Source of the DNA: Gemmatimonadales bacterium
GTDB taxonomy: Bacteria > Gemmatimonadota > Gemmatimonadetes > Gemmatimonadales > GWC2-71-9
Length of the DNA: 64,000 nucleotides
Direction of reading: 5' to 3'
NCBI GenBank assembly: GCA_051955835.1
Contig: JBQCGH010000120.1
Coordinates: 7,019 to 71,018 of the forward strand
A program made the position numbers and the translations under genes. Position 1 is the first letter of the stretch. The number at the start of each line of letters is the position of its first letter. Shown here piece after piece: positions 57,585 through 64,000 of the stretch. The notes beneath the pieces are model-generated. The model did no database searches and was not told the origin of the DNA. It was given only the letters and a program-made list of their open reading frames with translations.

Positions 57585-58190
57585 TCAGAAGACCAAGTGG
57601 GCCAGCGTCACACCTTCGGGCTCGTCCGAGCGGTTGCGCATGGGCTCCATCGTCAACGCCGCTCCCATGACCGGCGCCCGGACGCCCGGCATCGGCAGGG
57701 TCATGATCGCGGGCCGGCTGGGATCGGCGTTGACCTCGACCGACCGCACCATCCCGCTCTCCGTGATGAACCAGAACTGATACTTGCTGCCGGCGGGTGC
57801 GGGGGGCAGCCCGTGGACGATGACGCACCACCTGTGTGAGGCGGCGTCCTGGAAGATCAGCATGCCGCCCTGGTGGCCGCCCATCGAAATCCGGGTCTGC
57901 AGCACGTTATTGGCGCTCCGGAGCACGGAGAGCGTATCCTCGAGCGCCGCCAGGCGGACCTCGTTCCGCGCGAGTCGCACGCGGAGCTCCCGCCCCTCGC
58001 GCCGGGCGGCGAAGGCGGCGCCGCCGGCGGCGAGCGCCAGCATGGCCGCCGCCGCGAGGGGGACTCGCCGGCGCCACCGGCCACGTCGATCCAGCACCTC
58101 GGCGGCAGCACGGCGAACGAAGCCGGGCGCGGGCGCGACTGGGCGTACGGCCATCGGCAGCCAGCCCAGCTCCCGCTCAAGCCGCTCCAC
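57585..58190 (-). CDS. anti-sigma factor, RskA-type C-terminal domain. The ZAS N-terminus continues upstream, with an apparent 1-nt frameshift at about 58227.
   Basis: TM 'LAAAAMLALAAGGAAF' and C-terminal 'YQFWFI' RskA-like domain. Upstream in the same frame is 'DHLARCAECRGEV' (HxxxCxxC). The first 27 codons (58309-58229), whose ATG overlaps the sigma stop, are in another frame. Confidence 0.75.
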   Translation of the reverse strand: MERLERELGWLPMAVRPVAPAPGFVRRAAAEVLDRRGRWRRRVPLAAAAMLALAAGGAAFAARREGRELRVRLARNEVRLAALEDTLSVLRSANNVLQTRISMGGHQGGMLIFQDAASHRWCVIVHGLPPAPAGSKYQFWFITESGMVRSVEVNADPSRPAIMTLPMPGVRAPVMGAALTMEPMRNRSDEPEGVTLAHLVF

Positions 58191-58305
58191 CTCGCCCCGG
58201 CACTCGGCGCAGCGCGCGAGATGGTCGGGAACGTGCGCTCCTCGTCCGGCTCCAGGCTCCGGGCAACGAACCCGGCGCGGTTTTCGACGTACCAGTCGTG
58301 AGCGG

Positions 58306-58947
58306 TCATGCGACCCAGTCCCTGATCGACCCGAGGGTCACGCGCAACTTGTCGAACGCCAGGCGGAGCCTCGTCTTCACGGTTCCCATCGGGAGGTCAA
58401 GCCGGCGGGCGATCTCGGAGTGCGTGAGACCCTCGAAATAGGCGAGCCGGACCACGTCGCGCTGGTCGGCCGGCAGACCCGCCAGCGCCGCATGCACGGT
58501 CTCGTGCACATGCCAGCCGGGCTGCGCCGCCTCGTTGACCTCGCGGGGCCCCACCCGATCGGCGGAGAGTTCGCCGTAGGTCTTGGCCCGATCGAGCTTG
58601 AGCCGCCAGCGGCGTCGGCGCCGGAGACGATCGATCGCGCGATTCCGCGCGATGCGCAGCAGCCAGGGCAGCAGCGCCTCGTGCTCGTCCCCGAGGCCCC
58701 CCACACGATCCCATGCGGTCGCGAATACTTCGAGCACCACCTCTTCCGCTTCGTCCTGGTCGCGCAGCATCGACTGCACCAGTCCCAGGAGCCAGGGGCT
58801 CGCCACCTCGATCAGCTCGACCAGCGCCTGCTCGTCGCGAGCCATGAGGCGTCGGCGGAGGGTGGCCTCGCCCGCAAGGGTGAGCGCCCGGCGGCCGCCC
58901 GTGGCCCCAAGGTCCGAGTCAGATGACAGGCAAACGGGCCGTTGCAT
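58306..58947 (-). CDS. ECF-type RNA polymerase sigma-70 family factor
   Basis: Region 2 'EEVVLEVFATAWDRV...LLRIARNRAIDRLRR' and region 4 'DVVRLAYFEGLTHSEIARRLDLPMGTVKTRL'. Start uncertain: the ATG at 58947 is preferred, with 58845 as an alternative. Confidence 0.85.
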   Translation of the reverse strand: MQRPVCLSSDSDLGATGGRRALTLAGEATLRRRLMARDEQALVELIEVASPWLLGLVQSMLRDQDEAEEVVLEVFATAWDRVGGLGDEHEALLPWLLRIARNRAIDRLRRRRRWRLKLDRAKTYGELSADRVGPREVNEAAQPGWHVHETVHAALAGLPADQRDVVRLAYFEGLTHSEIARRLDLPMGTVKTRLRLAFDKLRVTLGSIRDWVA

Positions 58948-59126
58948 GCCTTGCCGAGGTGGTGAATGGTCCGAGTGGACGGCAGGGCGTCCCGCCATGC
59001 CGACACCGGTCGCCGATGCCGCCATGAAGGGAACGAGCCGAGCGCCAGTCCGGTTTTGCGCGAGAGAAATCGACAGCGGCGCGGGCCCGGACGGAAGGGC
59101 CGCCTTCAGGCTCGACCCCAAATGCA

Positions 59127-59160
59127 ACGAAGGGGAATCCTGGTGTGGATTCCCCTTCGT
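59127..59160 (-). terminator. perfect 13-bp hairpin downstream of the small membrane protein genes
   Basis: acgaaggggaatc / gattccccttcgt with an 8-nt loop. On the minus strand it is followed by tgcattt. Confidence 0.5.
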
Positions 59161-59197
59161 CAGCCCCTCGACCGCTCACGCGGCCAGGCGCCACCGG

Positions 59198-59419
59198 TCA
59201 GGCGCGCCGCGCGCTGCTCGCCAGCAGCACGACGCCGCCGACGATCGCAAGGCCGCCGAGAATCGGCGGAATAGGCACCGACTCCTTCTTGTCGGCACTG
59301 GCCTGGATGGGGCCGAGGTCGACGACTTTCTCCTTGTGGGTGAAGGAGAAGCCGCCGAACGCCAGGCCTACGACGCCGAGAATGATGAGCAGGATGCCGA
59401 CGATTGCCGCCGGCTTCAT
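59198..59419 (-). CDS. small two-TM membrane protein (73 aa)
   Basis: MKPAAIVGILLIILGVVGLAFGG...PPILGGLAIVGGVVLLA has two hydrophobic helices. The ATG overlaps the upstream stop by 4 nt. Confidence 0.55.
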   Translation of the reverse strand: MKPAAIVGILLIILGVVGLAFGGFSFTHKEKVVDLGPIQASADKKESVPIPPILGGLAIVGGVVLLASSARRA

Positions 59420-59565
59420 ACCACGCGCCTGCCCTGAATGAGCTGGATCAGCGCGATGACGATCGCGACGACCAGCAGCACGTGAATGAAGCCGCCGAGC
59501 GTGTACGATGACACCATGCCCAGCAGCCACAGCACGAGCAGGATTACGAAGATGGTCCACAGCAT
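59416..59565 (-). CDS. lmo0937-family small membrane protein (49 aa)
   Basis: MLWTIFVILLVLWLLGMVSSYTLGGFIHVLLVVAIVIALIQLIQGRRVV matches the pattern of that family. Confidence 0.6.
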   Translation of the reverse strand: MLWTIFVILLVLWLLGMVSSYTLGGFIHVLLVVAIVIALIQLIQGRRVV

Positions 59566-59845
59566 GACGCCCTCCCCTGGATTGGTCGTCCGTTGTGCCT
59601 CGCGCCACCACGATGATCTGCACCTCGTCGGCAGGAGCGAGCCGACCGTGGCCACAGTAGCACATCCGGCCCATAGCCGGCGGTGACTATGGTCACCCGG
59701 CGGGCCAGTCTGGCCGCACACGACGCCGGTGTTTCGCCCGGAGCCCACGCCTCCGGCGCCCCCAGCTTGGCTAGACTGACTCTTCCGGCCGCCCTACCTT
59801 TCCTGTTCCGATCCGCACGTCCGTTCCCCAACGCTCAGGATTCCA

Positions 59846-62035
59846 ATGGCGACCGTCCCGCCACCCGTCTCGGAACCCGCTCCGACGTTTCAGCCGTTCG
59901 TCCCTCCGAGCCGAGAGCCCGCCGAGCTCACGGTGCGGGCGCTCATCCTGGGTGCCCTGCTCGGACTCGTGTTCGCGGCGTCGAGCGTCTACCTGGCGCT
60001 CAAGATCGGGCTCACGGTGTCGGCCTCGATACCCATCGCCGTGCTCTCGGTGGCATTCTTCCGAACGCTGGGACACTCCACCATCCTGGAAAACAACATG
60101 GTGCAGACGACGGGCTCGGCGGGCGAGTCGATCGCCGCGGGCATCGTCTTCACCCTTCCGGCCATCCTGCTCATGGGGTACGACCTGAGCATCGGCAAGG
60201 TGGCCGTGGTCGCCGTCGTCGGCGGGGTCATGGGGACGCTGCTCATGATCCCCCTGCGCCGCGCGCTGATCGTGAAGGAGCACGGCCGGCTCACGTACCC
60301 GGAGGGCACGGCGTGCGCCGAGGTGCTGGTCGCGGGGGAGCAGGGCGGCCTGCAGGCGCGGCGGCTGTTCCAGGCCTTCGGGTTCGCGTTCGCCTACAAG
60401 TTCCTGATGTCGGGACTCAAGGTGTGGAAAGAGTACCCGGGGTGGGTCTCGACCGGGTACAAGGGCGCGTCGATCTCGGCCGAGGTATCGCCCGAACTCC
60501 TGGGTGTGGGCTACATCATCGGTCCACGGATCGCGGGCTACCTGTTCTCCGGCGGGTGCCTGGCGTACCTGGTGCTGATTCCGGCGATCAAGCTGTTCGG
60601 CAGCGGGCTCACCAAGCCGATCTTCGCCGAAACGACACTCATCGCGGACATGAGCCCGAGCGACATCCGGGCGAACTTCGTGTTCTACATCGGCGCGGGT
60701 GCCGTCGCGTCGGCCGGGATCATCGCCTTAGTGCGCGCGCTGCCTACGATCATCTCGGCGTTCCGCTCCGGCTTCCAAGACCTGCGTGGCAGCCTGGGCG
60801 ACGCGGCCGCCCGGGCCCGTACCGACGTGGATCTGCCCGTCTGGGTCACGGTGGCGGGCGCGATCGTGCTGGCCCTATTCCTCACGTTCCTGCCCCAGCT
60901 CGCCGTCAACCTGCTCGGCGCGATCCTGATCGTGCTGTTCGGCTTCTTCTTCGTCGTGGTCTCCTCGCGCATCACCGGCGAGATCGGCGTCAGCGCGAAC
61001 CCGGTCTCGGGCATGACGATCGCGGCGCTCATCGGGACGACGGCGATCTTCCTGCTGATCGGCTGGACCGGGGTGGACCATCGGGTGGGCGCGATCTCGA
61101 TTGCAGGCGTGATCGCGGTGGCCGCCAGCAACGCCGGCGCGACGAGCCAGGACCTCAAGACCGGTTTTCTGGTGGGTGCGACACCGCGCCGCCAGCAGAT
61201 CGGCATCATCATCGGCGCGGTGACCTCCGCGCTCGCGGTGGGCTGGACGCTCACCCTGCTCAACACCACCTACACGACCGTGGTGCCTGAACGGCATGCG
61301 GGCGTGGCACTCCAGGCCTCGGCCCCCGGCGCGGAGACGCGGTCGGTGACCACGCTGGGCGAGCGCATGCGGCACGATGGGCACGACTACGAAGTGGTGC
61401 GAGTCAACCTGCCGACCCAGGGCATCCAGCCCGGCAAGTACCTCATCAACCCGACCACCCGCGTGGTGGCGTACCTGGTCGATCCCGGGATCGGCGGGCG
61501 TATCCGCGAGCTCAATGGCCGGCCGATCACCAAGCTCGACAGCCCCAAGGCGACCATCATGGCCCTGGTCACCGACGGGATCCTGACCCAGAAGCTCCCA
61601 TGGGGGCTGGTGCTCATCGGCGTCTTCCTCACGCTGGCGATCGAGCTCATGGGGCTGCAGTCGTTGCCGATCGCGGTAGGGGTGTATCTCCCCATCTCCA
61701 CTTCGTCAGCGATGTTTGCCGGCGGGGTGGTGCGCTGGCTCGTGGAGCGTCGCGCGCGCGGCGGTGCGCGCTCGATCGCCGAGGTGGAGTCCGGGCCGGG
61801 GGTGCTGTTCTCCAGCGGGCTCATCGCGGGCGGCGCGCTGGCGGGGATCGCCATCGCCGGCGTGGCCGCGGCGCTGGTGAAGCGGGCGGATGCAGCGCAG
61901 GTGCCGGCCGCCGACTACCTGGCCCACATCGCAGGCCTGCAGGATGCCCTCGGCAGTGTCGCCACGAACGACGTAGTGGCCCTTGGCATCTTCGCGATCA
62001 TGGCGGCAGTGCTGCACCGCGTGGCGAGCCGCTGA
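59846..62035 (+). CDS. OPT-family oligopeptide transporter
   Basis: 729 aa and about 16 TM segments. 'ELTVRALILGALLGLVFAASSVYLALKIG', 'NMVQTTGSAGESIA', 'TYPEGTACAEVL'. Confidence 0.88.
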   Translation: MATVPPPVSEPAPTFQPFVPPSREPAELTVRALILGALLGLVFAASSVYLALKIGLTVSASIPIAVLSVAFFRTLGHSTILENNMVQTTGSAGESIAAGIVFTLPAILLMGYDLSIGKVAVVAVVGGVMGTLLMIPLRRALIVKEHGRLTYPEGTACAEVLVAGEQGGLQARRLFQAFGFAFAYKFLMSGLKVWKEYPGWVSTGYKGASISAEVSPELLGVGYIIGPRIAGYLFSGGCLAYLVLIPAIKLFGSGLTKPIFAETTLIADMSPSDIRANFVFYIGAGAVASAGIIALVRALPTIISAFRSGFQDLRGSLGDAAARARTDVDLPVWVTVAGAIVLALFLTFLPQLAVNLLGAILIVLFGFFFVVVSSRITGEIGVSANPVSGMTIAALIGTTAIFLLIGWTGVDHRVGAISIAGVIAVAASNAGATSQDLKTGFLVGATPRRQQIGIIIGAVTSALAVGWTLTLLNTTYTTVVPERHAGVALQASAPGAETRSVTTLGERMRHDGHDYEVVRVNLPTQGIQPGKYLINPTTRVVAYLVDPGIGGRIRELNGRPITKLDSPKATIMALVTDGILTQKLPWGLVLIGVFLTLAIELMGLQSLPIAVGVYLPISTSSAMFAGGVVRWLVERRARGGARSIAEVESGPGVLFSSGLIAGGALAGIAIAGVAAALVKRADAAQVPAADYLAHIAGLQDALGSVATNDVVALGIFAIMAAVLHRVASR

Positions 62036-62038
62036 CCG

Positions 62039-62458
62039 ATGGCCGCCGCGCGGGTCTCGCCTTCCATCCGGGCGAGGATCATCCATGGGGCCCTGGTATT
62101 CGGCATCCTGGCGTTCTGGGTGCTCGCCTGGGCCATTCGTGAGCGCTCGATCCCCGAAGTCGCGCTACCCGACCGGAAGGTGCTCTATATCGCCTTGGCC
62201 GTGGTGAGCGCGACGTTGTTCGCGGCCGCGGCATTCACGGTTGGGCGGTTGGGGGGCGTCGCCGGCGCTGGCGGTGAGGACGAGTGGTGGCGCGCGAACC
62301 TGGGCCGGGTGCTCGTGGCATGGGCGCTGGTCGAGGCGCCGACACTGATCGGTCTCCTGGTCTATACCCTGACGCACGATTTCCGGACCCTGCTGGCACC
62401 GTTCATCGGACTGCTGCTCTTCGCCAACTACCATCCTCGCCGCCTGACCGAGCGCTGA
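62039..62458 (+). CDS. hypothetical 4-TM membrane protein
   Basis: Hydrophobic profile. 3-nt gap after the OPT gene and 1-nt gap to the next gene. Confidence 0.5.
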   Translation: MAAARVSPSIRARIIHGALVFGILAFWVLAWAIRERSIPEVALPDRKVLYIALAVVSATLFAAAAFTVGRLGGVAGAGGEDEWWRANLGRVLVAWALVEAPTLIGLLVYTLTHDFRTLLAPFIGLLLFANYHPRRLTER

Positions 62459-62459
62459 G

Positions 62460-63347
62460 ATGCGCGTGGTGACGCTGCTTCCCGGCGCGACCGAGATCGT
62501 CGCGGCGCTCGGCGGCGGCGCGATGCTCGCGGCCGTCTCCCACGAGTGCGACTATCCGGACTGGGTGGCCGACCTTCCCCGCGTCACCGGTACGCCGATC
62601 GACCCGACGCTGCCAGGCGCGACCATTGACACGGAAGTGCGGAGGCTGCGGGATGGAGGCCGCGCTGTGATCACCGTGGACGGAGAAGCGCTACAGCGGC
62701 TCGAGCCGGATCTCGTCATCGCACAGGACCTCTGCGAGGTGTGCGCCGTGGCCGACGGCACCGTGCACCGGCTGGCCGCGGTTCTGCCGCGACCGCCCGA
62801 GATCCTGACCCTTACCGGCCGCACGCTGGACGGCGTGCTGGAGGACATCCGGCGCGTCGCGCGCGTCCTCGGCCGCGAGGCGCGAGGCGAGGCACTCGTC
62901 GGAGAGCTCCGCGATCGGCTCGCGAGTCTCCGAGGGCGGCACGCGAATCGGCGGCCACGGATACTCTGCGTCGAATGGCTGGAGCCGCTGTTCCTCGCGG
63001 GGCATTGGGTCCCCGACTTGGTGGAGGCGGCCGGCGGAATAAACGTCGCCGCCCGGTCAGGTGATCACTCGAGGGTGACGAGCTGGGAAGCCGCCACCGC
63101 GCTCCGTCCCGACCTGGTGGTGGTGATGTTGTGCGGCTTCGGCGTTACGCGGGCGCGGGCAGAGCTCGACCGGCTGGACGTGTCGGCGTGCCCCGAGGTC
63201 TGGGGGGCCGGGCCCGTCTGGCTGTTGGATGGAAACGCCTACACCTCGCGTCCAAGCCCCCGCATCGTCGACGGCGCGGAACGGATCCAGTCGGCCATCG
63301 CCGGCGAGTCGCAGCCCGGCCTGGAGCGCTGGCAGCCCCGGACTTGA
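62460..63347 (+). CDS. BtuF-like periplasmic-binding-fold protein without a signal peptide (cobalamin/siderophore-binding family)
   Basis: 'VVTLLPGATEIVAALG...SHECDYP...PDLVIAQDLCEVC' is typical of the PF01497 cobalamin-binding protein group. Confidence 0.65.
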   Translation: MRVVTLLPGATEIVAALGGGAMLAAVSHECDYPDWVADLPRVTGTPIDPTLPGATIDTEVRRLRDGGRAVITVDGEALQRLEPDLVIAQDLCEVCAVADGTVHRLAAVLPRPPEILTLTGRTLDGVLEDIRRVARVLGREARGEALVGELRDRLASLRGRHANRRPRILCVEWLEPLFLAGHWVPDLVEAAGGINVAARSGDHSRVTSWEAATALRPDLVVVMLCGFGVTRARAELDRLDVSACPEVWGAGPVWLLDGNAYTSRPSPRIVDGAERIQSAIAGESQPGLERWQPRT

Positions 63348-63826
63348 GGGTCGCGATCGAGCCGGCTCACCTCGGAGCCGCACTGGTCGAGGTGCGGGCA
63401 CTGTTCGAGGAATACGCCGCACGCCTCGGCATCGACCTGGAATTCCAGGGATTCGCGGCAGAACTCAGCGCACTGCCCGGGGACTATGAGCCGCCCGGCG
63501 GCCGCCTGCTGCTCGGTCGGGTCGAGGACCGACCGGCAGGTTGCGTAGGCGTCCGACCGCTCGCGCCGGGTGTGTGCGAAATGAAACGCCTTTATGTCAG
63601 GCCAAGCTACCGCGGGGTTGGGCTCGGGCGCCGTCTGGCGTCGGTGGCGGTCGAAGAGGCCCGCTCGGCAGGCTACGCGGCGATGCGACTGGACACACTC
63701 ATCGGGATGGCTGAGGCGCGCACGCTCTATCAGCGGCTCGGGTTCCGCGCGATCGCGCCATATCGGCACAACCCGATTCCCGGTGCCGAGTTCCTCGAAC
63801 TGACCCTGCACGGCACCGAGGGGTAG
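63344..63826 (+). CDS. GNAT family N-acetyltransferase
   Basis: 'MKRLYVRPSYRGVGLGRRLASVAVEEAR' is motif A (R/Q-x-x-G-x-G/A). The TTG start overlaps the upstream TGA (TTGA). Confidence 0.7.
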   Translation: MRVAIEPAHLGAALVEVRALFEEYAARLGIDLEFQGFAAELSALPGDYEPPGGRLLLGRVEDRPAGCVGVRPLAPGVCEMKRLYVRPSYRGVGLGRRLASVAVEEARSAGYAAMRLDTLIGMAEARTLYQRLGFRAIAPYRHNPIPGAEFLELTLHGTEG

Positions 63827-63876
63827 ACAAGCGGGGCCGTGGCCGCGACCTTTGTTCGCTCTTCCACCCAACGATC

Positions 63877-64000
63877 ATGACGCCAGAGTCGCTCGCCTTC
63901 CTCAAGTCGCTGCTCGACACCCCCGGTCCTTCAGCGTTCGAGGCCGCGCCCGCCCGCCGATGGCGGACCGAAGCCCAGGGCTTCGCGGATGAGGTGCGGG
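63877..64000 (+). CDS. M42-family peptidase-like protein, N-terminal fragment (runs off the window)
   Basis: Manual translation MTPESLAFLKSLLDTPGPSAFEAAPARRWRTEAQGFADEV resembles the 'L..L....G.SG.E' N-terminus of M42 aminopeptidases/endoglucanases. Confidence 0.45.
   Translation, partial: MTPESLAFLKSLLDTPGPSAFEAAPARRWRTEAQGFADEVR

Overview
This is a GC-rich, densely coding bacterial chromosomal segment with about 70 protein genes. By eye I found no rRNA, tRNA, CRISPR array, transposase or integrase. Because of the GC bias, almost every real gene is shadowed by long Arg/Pro/Gly/Ala-rich ORFs in other frames. I therefore called genes from recognisable family motifs, start-codon context and the very frequent 1-4 nt start/stop overlaps.

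Modules in order:
1. 1-3409: tail of a small-molecule or lipid tailoring cluster (flavoprotein, flavin reductase, methyltransferase, SRPBCC, KAS II).
2. 3457-4146: aquaporin.
3. 4311-7317, minus strand: STAS, single-domain response regulator and ccmABCD.
4. 7774-11128, minus strand: a hypothetical gene, DsbA, VKOR and Kup.
5. 11305-17602: OsmC, a CDP-alcohol phosphatidyltransferase, an AdoMetDC-like protein, a double M16 peptidase and a TPR protein.
6. 17727-22432: TetR, TolC, HlyD and a DHA2 MFS efflux operon.
7. 22655-30746: a sensor kinase plus sigma-54 activator pair, then pqqA (24 codons, hidden inside a longer ORF) and pqqBCDE, translationally coupled to an ABC-2 exporter pair.
8. 30813-34898: P5C dehydrogenase, PAP2 phosphatase and CutA.
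9. 34895-43177, minus strand: a chemosensory operon cheY-cheY-cheA-cheW-mcp-HEAT-cheR-cheB, with the same order as Myxococcus Che7.
10. 43394-48558: an orphan RsrA-type anti-sigma factor, YfcC, TrxC, GNAT, an acyl-ACP desaturase and YggT.
11. 48600-54342: a structured leader with a terminator, then metH and a fused Hcy-methyltransferase/MTHFR gene.
12. 54381-64000: acyl-CoA dehydrogenase, PBP4, an ECF sigma/anti-sigma pair, small membrane proteins, an OPT transporter, a BtuF-like protein, GNAT and a partial M42 peptidase.

The most interesting observations are:
- the sigma-54/two-component-controlled pqq operon fused to an ABC-2 exporter, which is a candidate PQQ export function;
- the Che7-like HEAT-repeat chemosensory system;
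- a family of GC-rich inverted-repeat elements sitting directly after stop codons;
- a riboswitch-like attenuator leader in front of metH;
- three ORF-disrupting lesions: an in-frame TAA in ccmC and frameshifts in the MFS pump and the anti-sigma factor. These are either real pseudogenisation or assembly errors.

All family assignments come from motif recognition by eye. No database search was run.
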